Assembly (NCBI GenBank): GCA_963830915.1
Contig: CAWHOE010000051.1
Location: forward strand, 64,001-128,000
Length of the DNA stretch: 64,000 nucleotides
Reading direction: 5' to 3'
DNA from: a candidate division FCPU426 bacterium
GTDB lineage: Bacteria > Oederibacteriota > Muellerivitia > Muellerivitales > Muellerivitaceae
The translations under genes and the position numbers were made by a program. Every line of letters starts with the position of its first letter. The first letter of the stretch is position 1. Positions 38,910 through 51,300 of the stretch are shown here, one piece after another. The notes beneath the pieces are model-generated. The model saw only the letters and a program-made list of their open reading frames with translations. It ran no database searches and was not told the origin of the DNA.

Positions 38910-40069
38910 CTTTTTTTACTTCTCCTTGAGGATTTTCGCTTCAGATTTCGGATGAAATCGAACGCCGAATGCTCGTTGATGACCAAATAATAGATCAAAA
39001 AGCCAGCTAGTGTCAGTATCACGTTCGCCCACCAAATGCCGATGACTGGGCTGATCAGTCCTCGGTCGCTGAGGATTTCACCTAGGATGAACATCAAGTA
39101 ATAAAGGAAGATCATGGACAACCCGAGCACGAAACCAATGAAGCCTTTTGACCTGGTCCAAAGACCCAAGGGGGCGCAAAACCAGGTGAGGGCTAAACAG
39201 GCAAAAGGCAGGGAAAGTCGTTTTTGAAATTCCACTCTTAAGCTGTTCCTTCTGCCTTCGTCGATGGAAGTCCGAATGCCCTCCGAAAGCTCGCTTAGGT
39301 TCATTTCCTCATAATCTTTCTGAACGTCGGTCAAATGAGATAATTGGTTCTCCAACTTTAGGTGGATGGTGTAATGATCGAATTTAAGATGGTTATAGGT
39401 GTGGTAATTGATGTTATCCCAGGTCATGACTCCGTCATTTAGCTGGAAAAAAAGTTGCAGGGTATTTCGGTCGGTCAGAAGGCGTCCTGTTTGGGCGACC
39501 GTTGTCTGCAGAGGGGCATGGGGAGAAACCCGATTGAACATCTGCACATTCTTGAAGGTTCCGTCATGGTCCTGGGAATCGATATAAAACTGGTAGCCCT
39601 CAAAGAGGTTGATAAAGATCCTTTCGCGAAGGGCGATATCGGCCTGTTCCTTGAGGATCTTGAAATGGATCTTCTTGAAGGTGAAGTTTGCGGCTGGTAA
39701 GACCTCGTGGTTGAAGTACACCATTACCCCGGTCATCAAGAAGCCCAGGACCAACACGGGATAAATGAGATGGAAAAGATGGACGCCGCTACTCTTGAAC
39801 GCTGTCACTTCCATGTCCGAGCTCATCCTGCCAAAAGCCAATAGGGTAGCCATCATCATGGACATGGGTATGGTCAGGGACAAAACAAAAGGGACCAAAC
39901 TAAGGTAAAGAAGCAGGGTGTCAAATAGGGGCACTTTTTTATTCATGACCATATCCAAAAGAAGAAAAACCTTATTGATAAGGAAAAGGAAGGTAAGAAT
40001 GGCCAGGCTCAAGAGGAACGAAGGGAGCATTTCCTTGAGGACATAAGAGTATATTTTTTTCAATTCCAT
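38906..40069 (-). CDS. lptF: LPS export permease LptF
   Basis: YVLKEMLPSF, FGRMSSDMEVTAFKSSG, EFQKRLSLPFAC; first gene of the pair. Confidence 0.88.
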   Translation of the reverse strand: MELKKIYSYVLKEMLPSFLLSLAILTFLFLINKVFLLLDMVMNKKVPLFDTLLLYLSLVPFVLSLTIPMSMMMATLLAFGRMSSDMEVTAFKSSGVHLFHLIYPVLVLGFLMTGVMVYFNHEVLPAANFTFKKIHFKILKEQADIALRERIFINLFEGYQFYIDSQDHDGTFKNVQMFNRVSPHAPLQTTVAQTGRLLTDRNTLQLFFQLNDGVMTWDNINYHTYNHLKFDHYTIHLKLENQLSHLTDVQKDYEEMNLSELSEGIRTSIDEGRRNSLRVEFQKRLSLPFACLALTWFCAPLGLWTRSKGFIGFVLGLSMIFLYYLMFILGEILSDRGLISPVIGIWWANVILTLAGFLIYYLVINEHSAFDFIRNLKRKSSRRSKKR

Positions 40070-40301
40070 CCCTTTACTCGACGGATCGGTAGTGCTAAAG
40101 AAGCGTTTTCGAAAGGCAGTATAACATAGGGTTTCGAGAGGTAACTAAGGCAGGTTAAGACTTTCACCTGGCGTATTTTTCTCATGGTTGTCTGAAATTT
40201 CTCCTACCAATCGTCCATTGAGTGAGCTTTTCCGTCCCTTCGGGTCTGGATGGACGTGGGGTTGATCCGTTTGGGATATTTTTAATGGGGGAGATCCAGG
40301 C

Positions 40302-40442
40302 ATGGAAAAAACAAAAAATAACCTATGGAACTTTTCCTCAATTGATATGATTTGGGCTAGGAAAAGCAGTCCCGGGTCTTTTTCCCCAGCCCCCCAAAAC
40401 ATCTCCCCTCAGGATTTATGGGGGAAAAGGCTATTTCGATGA
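40302..40442 (+). CDS. Putative 46-aa peptide translationally coupled to the LytS kinase
   Basis: GGGGAGA RBS, then ATG; MEKTKNNLWNFSSIDMIWARKSSPGSFSPAPQNISPQDLWGKRLFR*. Its TGA overlaps ATG 40439 (ATGA). Confidence 0.35.
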   Translation: MEKTKNNLWNFSSIDMIWARKSSPGSFSPAPQNISPQDLWGKRLFR

Positions 40443-41587
40443 ACCTTTGGAAAAAGATTCTGTCTTTGGATTTTGAGACGGAATACATACGGTCCTTCCT
40501 TAAGCTCCTCTTTTTTTGGAATCCACTCTGGAACCTTGCTTTGTGTCTTTTGACCGGCGATAGGGAGATCGAGTCCATCCTATTCCGATGGGGTTGGAAT
40601 TTCTCCGAACTGACACTTATAGGTTTATTAGCCATGATGCTGATGAAAGTCTACCTTTGGGGTGAGAAACTTTGGACGAGCCGGAGAGGTAAGGCGTCTC
40701 TTCACCATCGAACTGGCTGGTATCTCCTTCTACTTGCCTTTTTTATACCCCCGGGGCTTTATTTGGCATTAAGAATGATGGTAACCGGCATAAACTTGTT
40801 CTTCCCGGGTGACCCGATATCCGTGGTATTTAAATGGACTTATTACTGGAACCAGATTTTTTGGGGTTGGATGCTTTTATTGGTCTGCTCCCTTTTCATA
40901 TCCTGGCAAGATCTGAAGGAAGCGGCGAACATTAGTCAATTAAGGGCGGAGGAGTTGGAAAAAGAGAGACTTCAGGCCCTTCTGACCAAATTAAAAGACC
41001 AGATGAATCCCCACTTTCTTTTCAACACATTGAATACCGTGGCTTCCTTGATATCGGCGGACCCCTCCATGGCTGAAAAGGTGGTGGTCAAACTCTCGAC
41101 TCTCTTTCAGGGCATATTGGCGGCAACCCGAAAGACACATCAGCCACTGGAAAAAGAACTGGAATTTTGTAGGGATTACTTGGATATCGAAAAAGCCCGT
41201 TTTGGGTCGAGGTTAAAGGTCAATTTTGGCATTCAAGGTGATATCGATCCAAGCCGAGTTTGGGTGCCGGTACTTTTATTCCAACCGATGGTGGAAAACG
41301 CTGTCAAGCACGGGATTTCTTCCCGCGCCAATGGAGGGGAAATCTGGATAGGCGCTGCAGAAAAGAATGGTCAACTGGAGCTCTGGGTGGAGGATGATGG
41401 CGTCGGTTTTGGCCAGTCCCCATACCGGGGATCGGGAACGGCCTTGGAAAATTGTAGAAAGAGGTTGGAATTGGGGTACGGGAACGAAGGTCGAATGGAA
41501 ATTACTAACAGGGAAGGGGGAGGGACCCGGGTATGTCTGATCCTTCCTTTGGTCACCGCTGACCCCTCCCATCAGGAGGAATCATGA
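40418..41587 (+). CDS. LytS/YehU-type membrane sensor histidine kinase
   Basis: About four TM helices, LKDQMNPHFLFNTLN, QPMVENAVKHG, VEDDGVG. The real start may be 40439. Confidence 0.92.
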   Translation: MGEKAISMNLWKKILSLDFETEYIRSFLKLLFFWNPLWNLALCLLTGDREIESILFRWGWNFSELTLIGLLAMMLMKVYLWGEKLWTSRRGKASLHHRTGWYLLLLAFFIPPGLYLALRMMVTGINLFFPGDPISVVFKWTYYWNQIFWGWMLLLVCSLFISWQDLKEAANISQLRAEELEKERLQALLTKLKDQMNPHFLFNTLNTVASLISADPSMAEKVVVKLSTLFQGILAATRKTHQPLEKELEFCRDYLDIEKARFGSRLKVNFGIQGDIDPSRVWVPVLLFQPMVENAVKHGISSRANGGEIWIGAAEKNGQLELWVEDDGVGFGQSPYRGSGTALENCRKRLELGYGNEGRMEITNREGGGTRVCLILPLVTADPSHQEES

Positions 41588-42333
41588 TCAAGGTCATGAT
41601 CGTGGACGACGAGGCGCCAGCTCGGGCCCGTTTAGCCCGTATGTTGGCAGGTTTTCTCGATCTTCAATTGGTCGGTGAGGCGTCCAATGGATTAGAAGCT
41701 CTCCAGGCAGCCCAAGATTTGAAGCCCAATCTGGTGTTCCTGGACATCGAAATGCCGGAACTTTCAGGCCTTGAAGTGGCTGAAGCCTGGGGTGGTGAGG
41801 GTCCAAGCGTAGTATTTGTGACGGCTTATAGCGAGCATGCTTTGAAAGCATTCGAGCTTTCCGCCTTGGATTATCTGGTGAAACCGGTGTCTCCTGAACG
41901 ATTGGCCGAGACGGTGGAGCGGGTCAAGAAACGAAAAGACTCGCCCAGTTCAGCGACCTTGCAGAAGTTCTTAGAACAAATGGAACAGGGAATGGCCAAG
42001 CATCGGATGGCCGTTAAATGCGGGTCTAAGTACAAAGTGTTCAATCCATCCCAGGTCTCGGCGATCGTGGCCAAAGACCATTACGCCGTCTTGCTGGTGG
42101 AAGGGCAGGAACTATTGGCCGATGATCGGTTGGATGTTTTAGCCAGCAGGTTGGATCCCAAGAAATTCCTGCGTATACACCGGAGCGCCATCATCAACCT
42201 GGATTATTTGAAGGAATTAGAGCATGAGGGAGATCGGAAGTACTTAGCCGTCCTATCAGATCCGGCCAAAACCAGGCTTCCTGTCAGCCGAGAAAGGCTG
42301 GATGATTTGAAGAAGGAATTGGGGTTGCATTGA
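41584..42333 (+). CDS. LytTR-family response regulator
   Basis: VDDEAPAR, LDIEMP, FVTAY, DYLVKP, FLRIHRSAIINL, LPVSR. Confidence 0.94.
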   Translation: MIKVMIVDDEAPARARLARMLAGFLDLQLVGEASNGLEALQAAQDLKPNLVFLDIEMPELSGLEVAEAWGGEGPSVVFVTAYSEHALKAFELSALDYLVKPVSPERLAETVERVKKRKDSPSSATLQKFLEQMEQGMAKHRMAVKCGSKYKVFNPSQVSAIVAKDHYAVLLVEGQELLADDRLDVLASRLDPKKFLRIHRSAIINLDYLKELEHEGDRKYLAVLSDPAKTRLPVSRERLDDLKKELGLH

Positions 42334-42355
42334 CTTGGAACAGAAGCGGAGAGTC

Positions 42356-45300
42356 ATGGCTTTTTTGAGGCCGAACCAACTCAAATTACGATACCAACCG
42401 GGCTTCTTGGCTTTCGGGTTGCTGACCTTCGCTATTTTTTGGTCTTCAAACACAGCTAAAGGTCAAACACCCCAACCTACTCCACTTCTTACTGGAGCAG
42501 CCGCGACTTCATTGAACCCCCTGACCGCCGAGCAGGAAATTCAGATACTGGATGCCATCGACGCGAAATCCAACAGCCTCGATTCAATCACTTCCACAAA
42601 TACCACCCAGCCAGCCACTCAAGTCACTGGTTTATCACCCTCTGGGACGCCGACCTCAAATGCCCAGGTTCAATCCCCTATTTCTAACGTTACAGGGACT
42701 TCTAACCCCTCGGCGGCATCATTATCATCTGGGACAACGCCTACAATTGTTGAATCAGGGCCTCCGCCTGTGCCTTCGGGACTGACTGTTTTGATACTAA
42801 AGGAAGGTCTTTATCTTTCCTGGGACTCGGCCCCCGTTACTTCCTCAGTCACTGCTTATAACGTCTATCGGTCAACGACTCCTGGAATGGGGTACAAACT
42901 GGTCAATAACAAGCCTTTGAATGTTCCTTTCTTCCTGGATGGGGCTCAAAACAGCCTGAATCCCCCACGGAACGGGGAAGATTACTTTTACGTGGTCGCG
43001 TCGATTAATGCCAAAGGTGATGTGAGCCCCTACTCGGATGAGACGACAGTTCAGCCACAGGGCATGGATATCCCGGAAACAGAGGAACAAAAAAAGGAAG
43101 ATGAAAGAGCGCAAGCGACTCCACCTCCTCACAAGGAAACGGAGAAAGAACTGATTGTGCCGGAGAGCAAGATCATCAACCTGCAACTTCCCGCGGACAC
43201 CCAGCTTTCCATCCAGGGTTATAAAAAGATCGAGGCGGGTTTTACCTTCCAAAAATACGATCGTCCCGCCTTGAACGGTATCAATCCCGAAGTGGATACC
43301 ACCCTGGTCAACCAGGAGTTGGTGGTGAATCTGGATGGAAAGGTTGGAAAGAACGTAGACGTTCATGTGGATTACAGCGATGTGAATCGAGCTGGCGGTG
43401 TGGACCAGAGTAAACAGGAAATCTCCATTGTTTACCACGGTAACGATAACAGTCCAGTTCAGGAAGTATCATTTGGGGATTTGCAATTGAATCTTCCGAA
43501 CACTGAGTTTGCCGGCTTTAGCAAACAACTCTTTGGGCTCCAGGCCAAGCTCAAATTCGATCAGTTCCGTTTCACCACGTTTTTCGCGCAGACAAAAGGT
43601 ATCTCTGAGACCAAGGTTTTCACTGGCAACACTGTCCAGGTCGATAAGGTCATAAATGACGTTGATTTTTTGAGGTACAAATATTTTCTTATTACCAAAG
43701 GGCCGAATCTTCCTAAAAACAGCTCGGAACAGATCTGGGTCAACGCGGGAACAGGGTTGACCAATCCCACGGGAACAACAAATTTCATCGGACCTTATGA
43801 ACATTGGCTTCCAGGCCGGGACTATACGATCAATTATGCCACTGGCGTTATCACTTTCCTGAGGGCTCTTACCCAAAACGCGCAGGTCGTGGTGGCCTTC
43901 CAGGATACGAACGGGAACTACATCGGTTTCCTTCCCGATCACACCACTGTTGATGGTCTGAACACTGGTGGCGTAACCACCAACCTTGTTGTGCCCCCTG
44001 ATGGCGTGATTACCAATAGCGCTCATTTGTTGAAGAACAACGACACCACTACCAGTCCGCTTAACCTAGTCAATTATTTCGACCTCGGGCGGGATCAATT
44101 CATACCACCCCAGCAGGATCCCGGATTTTCTTTTCCAAATCATCGACCAAGGGACCAACAACGTATTACAAACGGGCCAGGGCGGGACTGCCAGCGCGCC
44201 TTGGGCTTACGTTATGGATCAAGACTTAAACATATTGACGGTCAACAATATCAATTACTCGGCTGTTACCGTAGCCGGCCTAAATGGTTCGCCTGTGACC
44301 GCCAATTTTGAGGAGAGGGCTTTTGTCGCTCCTGGTGACACAACCCTGGGAACTGCCACCAATGGAATTTATAACCTTAATACCACCCCTAATAGCCTTT
44401 ATCGCATTCACCTGAAGTACAAAACAAAACTGAACTTTTTCAATTTGGAAAGATTCAATATCATTCGTGGAAGCGATACGGTTTATCTTGACGGCCGTCA
44501 CTTACGTCGCGATGTGGATTACACCTTTGACTACACATCGGGTGTTCTGGATTTTCCGGATAAGAGCATATTACGGCCAGACAGCCAGATCGTAGTTACT
44601 TACGAATACGCTCCGTTTGGATCTTTTAACCAAAACAATATCCTGGGAGCCAGAGCCGAATACGACATCACAGACCATTTCTTCCTGGGTGGCACCTTCT
44701 TGAACAGTACGACACAACAGACAGTTGATGTTCCCCAGATCGGTTCCACACCCAACTCGCTTTCTGTTATCGATTTTGACACTAAATACGACTTGGGGCC
44801 GGAGGACATTCAGTCTGTGACAGGGTTGCTGCCTGGTCTAGGCAATTGGAAACCGCCTCTGGCTATAAAACTATCAGGTGAGGTCGCCGAGAGTTATTTC
44901 AACCCCGATACCTTTGATGCTGAAGGAGAAACGGGTGTGGCGATGGTGGATAACATGGAAGGAATAGATAATCTTACTGGACCCACCATGAACGCGACTA
45001 ATTGGGTCGTATCTTCTGAACCAGATTCGGTCAGCTACTTGAATTCCGTTACCTACTATGCCGGGAAAGACGCTTTGCTCAATAACCGGGTTCGATTCAT
45101 GTCTGTGGATGACAGTTATTATTTGCAGACGTTGGCAACAAATTCTAACACAGCGGTCACCCAGATCGGAGGTTTTGGAGGGCACGTCTATTCTCAGACC
45201 AACGCGGCCCAGGACCTGGTGCCGGTCTTGATGTTCCCTTATAACAGCTTGGACGATTTGCACTGGGCGGGAGTAAGACAAGTTCTTTCAACTACAGGAG

Positions 45301-48300
45301 AAGATCTTTCCAATACTCAGTACATCCAATCTTGGGTTTATAACGATGGGAATGACAAGTGGATAATGTTCGATTTTGGGATTATTAACGAATCTTCCAA
45401 TGATAATGATAATGGAGGGATTATCGAGTCTGATGCGGTATCGGTAATTAACATAAATGGAAATCAAATCTCAACGGATTGGGGTATTCCGGCTTACTAT
45501 TCAAATATCGGTAATGGCCCTGGTGTGAATATCCTTCCGCCGGTGTGCGGATCCAACGCGGTTTATACATATTACCCTAATGAGTCATCCACTCAGGAAG
45601 GTGCCCGCAACGGAATCGTTGATACTGAGGATATGAACGGCGATGGGATATTAGAGAACGACAATTCCTATTTTGAATATGGTGTGAGGGCCAATTGGAC
45701 TGGCTGGCACCTAATCAAGATACCCGTCAATTTTAACTCGACGACCGATTATCAAACAACTACACCGGATGGGATAAATTATTTCTTTCATAATCAAGGA
45801 GCGGCCAACGCAACTATCATTCGAGCCGCTCGTGTCTGGACGACGGGTACGACCCCTAATCCGACATCAGGATATTTTTTGATGGAAAGTTTTAGCTTTA
45901 CCAGAAACCTTTGGCAAATGGAAGTGGATCCGGACGCTAATGTCGACCAAGGTGTGACCGTAAATCCGAGTAAGTTCGACGCGAGTTCGATAAGCCAAGA
46001 TCAAGATTCCGGATATCAACCTACCTTGCGGTTCCTCACTGTGGCGCAAGATCAGAACCAAAATTCCATTTTAGCTAAAGAAAAATCCTTAAAACTTTCC
46101 TATAACGTATCTTCCGTGGATTACGAGCCAGCTGGTGATATCAATGGGAAGCCTATCTATTACGCTACCCGCTATTTTAGCCAGGGTGTTGATTTTACTG
46201 ATTTCCATGATCTTCGATTTGATATATTCGCGCGAACTTCAGTACAACCCGGAGACACTCTTTTCATTAGGTTGGGAAATGATCAAAAAAACTATTACCA
46301 ATACAATATTCCCTTGTTGTCGTCCTATCAAAATCTTTGGAATACTGTGTCCATAGCGATAGATGGGTCAGGAGGGAACCGGCAAGTGGTTGGGACCCCC
46401 TTCGTCAACCGATCGTCGCAGATCAGCATCGGGGTCGTCAACCCTAACGCTCCAAACGGTCAAACCCGAGAGATATGGATCAATAACCTGAGGGTGGCGA
46501 CTCCTAATCAGAGGTCGGGATTGGCCCGTCGCGCTAATGCCGCCATCATCCTGGGGGATAATTTTGCCACGATCAACGGCCGATACCGGGAGGTAGACTC
46601 GGGTTTCACTGAAATGGACCAAACTTCGACCCATTTTCAACATTCCAAGCAGTTAGGCGCGGACTATTCTTCTAGCGCGATCAAATTATTTTCCCAACCT
46701 TTAGTCACCCAATTCTCTTATACCCACCAAAATACTTATACAGAACAAGGTTTATTGGATAATCCGTATTTTAGCGCGTTACCCGATACCGACGTCCAAA
46801 ATGCGACAGGAAGCATTTCCTACACCAAAGATCTGGGGCCTGGCTTTGGGCGACTCACTAAAGTGGTTGTTTCAGGCAGTACCAACTATGAAACAGACAA
46901 TTATCAATCGGCTTATCTGACTCAACCAGGCATTCAAGGTGATACTAACAAAGGCGAGGATGTCTTCACGGTGGCTTCCACTTACGACGCTCCCGGGAAG
47001 TTGATTTTCCTACCGATCGGTACCAACCAATTCACCGAGACTTTCTCATTAACCCATGACAAACAGGATTTTACTAATTCGGCATTGAACCTGGCTAATT
47101 ATGACCGAACAACCCGTAATCAAGTCTACGGATGGACCAATACTACGGAAATCATCAAAAATCTGAATATAACGCCCGGCTATACCCTGACTTTTGTGGA
47201 CGCAATAGGGAACACTAATTCACCGGGGGTGCCTGGGGAGGTTGATAGTTACACTCTGTTCCAACGCCGGGATCAACCCAAGGCTGGGGTGGTTTACAAA
47301 GGCATTCCTGGACTGGTCCCATCTGTGGATTACACGGGTAGTAAACAAGAGGATGATGTGACTTATCCTGATGGCCCTAGATTGACTACTTCTAACACAA
47401 TGAATTACTCAGTCAATTTGACGCCTGGCACTTGGATACCGCTAGCTCAAAAGATCAATTTGACGGTTTTTGGTGGACACACAGAAAGTCGTAGTGAGTC
47501 CATCCCGAATTTCACAAGCCTTCCTTTGAATTTTGACGAGTTATGGCTAACCAACGCGCCCTTTGACCAGGGCGCTTTGTTTGGTAGTAAATCGTCGTCT
47601 TATCAATTAAATGGCAGCTTCAGATTATTTGATATTTGGGATTTCCGTCCCACTGGGACTTGGACCGACCAATTCTCTCTTCTTTCTCTTGGGACCAATC
47701 CAACTCAACAACAGGGAAAGACATTGGGTTTGACAACCATTTTTAGCCACAAACTCTTGTCTCTTCCTTTGATCGCTTTGAATTTTACTTCCGCTCAGTT
47801 TCAATACACACATACGGACAATACTCAATGGGATAGCGGAAATCCACCAGTCGTAGACAACCAGACTTATAGTGACGTTTATTCATTTACCTTGCCTTAC
47901 GACATCAATCAGAAGGCACAAGGGAATTTCCACATTCAACATTCCCAAGGTCTACAGAACGCCAGCGGTGTGATAACCAATCAACAGGAAAATACATTCT
48001 CTGTTGAATACAACCAGAAGTTTCTGCAGAACCAGTACTTGCATATTCCTTTCACGAATTGGAAGATCAAGTTTGATCAGGCTTTAGAATTCCGCGGTAC
48101 GTTCCTGATGGATTTTGTGAACAATAGCTGTCCTTCTTATCCCACGAACAGCGTTTTAACGGATAAGTACCGTGTTACAATCGACTTTAATTACAATGCT
48201 ATGAAAAATCTTAGGGTAGGTCTTGGTTTAGCTAATGAATATTATACGGACCATGAGAATCCCTATTTGGGATATACCCTGTGGCAAGTTAATGTTTCGG

Positions 48301-48317
48301 CGGAAGCTAGGTTCTGA
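42356..48317 (+). CDS. sprA: SprA/Sov-like very large outer-membrane barrel (T9SS translocon-like) with N-terminal S/T/P-rich region and FN3 domain; 1-bp frameshift near 44120-44136
   Basis: NQELVVNLDGKVG, SFGDLQLNLP...QLFGLQAKL, GRDYTINYATG, GSDTVYLDG..L.RDVDYTFDYTSG, DTEDMNGDG, EIWINNLR, C-terminal Phe (AEARF). ORFs 42335-44311 and 44214-48317 join into ~1990 aa. Confidence 0.75.
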
Positions 48318-48332
48318 TTTAGAAGGGAAAAG

Positions 48333-51300
48333 ATGGGAATTGGATTACGGAAAAATTTTATGGGACTGATAAGATTATTTAAACCCGGATGTTTGGCGCA
48401 ATTTTGGGTTTTCTTTATCGTGTCGATGGTTGTTTTCCAATCTCCGATAAGATCTTCTGCCCAATTAGCCCCGCCGACCGGCCTGACAGCTGTTTCCCCC
48501 TACAATGGACAAGCTAACCTTCAGTGGACGCCGGTGGCTACAGAAAGTCCTACCGCTTATCTGATCCAACGCGTTCTTCTGGATTTAACCGATACTCCGA
48601 CTCCCACCCCCACTGGTACTTTGACACCTACCGATACACCCGTTCCAGTTGCCGTGGTATCAGGCGGAACGACCGGATATCAGGATGATCAGGTGACCAA
48701 CGGACGGAATTATCAATTCCAAGTGGCTGTTGTGGATGCGTCAGTATCCTCGACAGGGGTTTATTCTAATCCAATCACCTATATTCCTTATTCCGTCCCT
48801 GCCGCGATCCAGCTTGTAACCGTTCAAGATCTCCATTCAAATGCTTTGGATCTTTCTTGGGGAATTCCTCTTTCCACATATCCTGTAACCAATTATATTG
48901 TTTACCAGTACATCAATCTGGCACCCTCCCCCACTCCAAGTTATACTTTCACCCCCACCTATACTCCAACTGTTCCAACAGTTACTCCGTCAGGGACCTG
49001 GACCGCTACTTTCACCTATACACCAACCCATAGCTATACTTTGACTAATACATTTACACCTACTCCATCCCTTTCCATTTCACAATTCCTGGGCCTGGCT
49101 CTTCCTATCGCTACAACCACTTCAACTAGCTTTACGGATTTTTCCCCTGGCACTTATGGCTCCGCGTATTTTTCCTATGCGATAGTGGCCCAGGATAATC
49201 AGGGAAATTTAGGACTTGCACCTAATAACTCAACCATGCCGATGCAGGCTGAAAATTTGAAACCGTTGGAACCAACCCTTTCTGGATTAATTTCCCTCTC
49301 GGTAACCCCTGTAATAGGGGGTCTGGGGAATGATGGATACGGTGTCAGACTCATCTGGAATGGCGCCCTGGCTTCGGAAGGAGTCACTGAATATCAAGTT
49401 CTGGCTAACAATACTCCGATTGCCACCATATCCTATTCCACGCCTGTGCCAACCGCAACTTATGACGATGTGACCATTCCGCTGTCTTCCAGGTCGAGTA
49501 ATCTAACCAATTACAGTCTTGTTGCTTCTAATAGCTTTGGAACGGTTAATTCTGGCACGGTTCCTGAGAATATCTTGGCGGCTAGTATTCCTGGTCCCTT
49601 GGTCGTGACACCGGTCGCCACCTCGAATTCAGTGACATTGACCTGGACAACGGGTACCGCAGGAACTTATGGATTGATTGGTTACCACCTTTATAAGGGT
49701 TATAGCGGGGTGCCGACGCCTTTTCTGCCAACTCCCGGTCTGGGAACCAATACACCTACCGCAACGCCAACTCCGTTCCAGGTCATTTATATCACCCCGT
49801 CATCTACCCCCACGGTCATAGCAGTCGATACAATCGCAAACGCTAACCACTTGAGCTATTGGGTCGTCCCTTTTGACGCGGTTACTTTGGATGGGTTAGG
49901 CGCCGCTGCAACACCTGTATCATTGAATTTGGCACCTACCCCTGTGACAGCTCTCACTGCTTTGACACCAGTAGGGAACAATATTATTCAGGTGAGTTGG
50001 TCGGTCGCAACGCCTGGATTTTATGGAACACCTCAATATTACGAGATCTACCGGGAGATTCAAAAACCAACTCCGTCGGGTACTTTAACGCCAGTGCCTA
50101 TCGCGACTGTCACTTATAGTCAGAATAGTTATACAGATAATGTTCCCAACGCGACGCCAAATGCTGTCATTGCCTACCAGGTTGCGGCGGTGGACGATCA
50201 GGGAAACGCTTCTGATCTTTCAGCTTTTTCAAACGGTGTTAGTGCCGTAACAGCTTTGGCTCCTCCGCTGGCACCTATGGTTCAACCGGCCGTTGGTTCA
50301 GCCTCAACCTTAGTGTTTTCTTGGATTCCCAATCCGGCGTCGGACGGGGTGGACAGTTATTATCTTTATAGTGCTGGAACGAATTTCACTATGACTCCTT
50401 CACCCACACCTTTGGCGATCGTCACGCCTTCACCCACAATGAACATTGTCGCGACAGCGTTACCCTGGATGGTTTATTCCAATTATCTGCAGGCCCATAA
50501 TGCCGCTGGATTCAGTGCTCCAGCCACTCTTTCAGGTATTCCGGTCACCGATTACCAAGTCACGGCGGTTATGGCGTCCGGTTCCAGGACCATGTCTGTA
50601 ACTTGGAACTTGAACCCACCAGCGGGATCAACTCCTGCCATCGATAGTTTTGGCATCTATCGTTCCAACACGACGGGCGCTAATTTTACGCCCATTGCGA
50701 CTGTGTCGTTTCCAAATCCAGGATTTCCTGCGACCCCTTCATTTAATGACTCGAATTTATCGGCTGGGGTAAGTTATTCCTACCGTGTGACCATCCGTTC
50801 TGATGGTCCCACAACATTGCTGGCTGAAAGTCCTCTTTATCCAACAATGACAAGTACGCCTGAGGCTTCCAGTGGTACCTGGCCCAATCCGCCAACGGGT
50901 GTAACGGCTATTGGTGGGATAACCCAGACCAGTCTATATTGGGCTTCTAACCTCGCTTCTGATAATGTTCTGAGTTACGTGATATTCCACAATGGAACAC
51001 CCACGACAACAGTGACTCCCAGTCCGACCATGATGGCCGCCTTCGTTGAAACGCCTCAATCGGTATCAACCTACTGGGTCGTAGCACAGAATGCCCAAGG
51101 CCCCAGTAATCCGTCTGTTCCATCTGCGGACTTGATGGCTCCATCGTTGACACCTACTGTTATATTGACACCGCCTGCGTGGTTGTCACCGACACCTAAC
51201 ATGACACCAGCCTATCCGCCGTTAGTCTGGATCTCAGGACTAACTTATTCGGGCTCGGTAAGTGGATATACCATCAACCGATCTACTGATCCTGGTTTTA

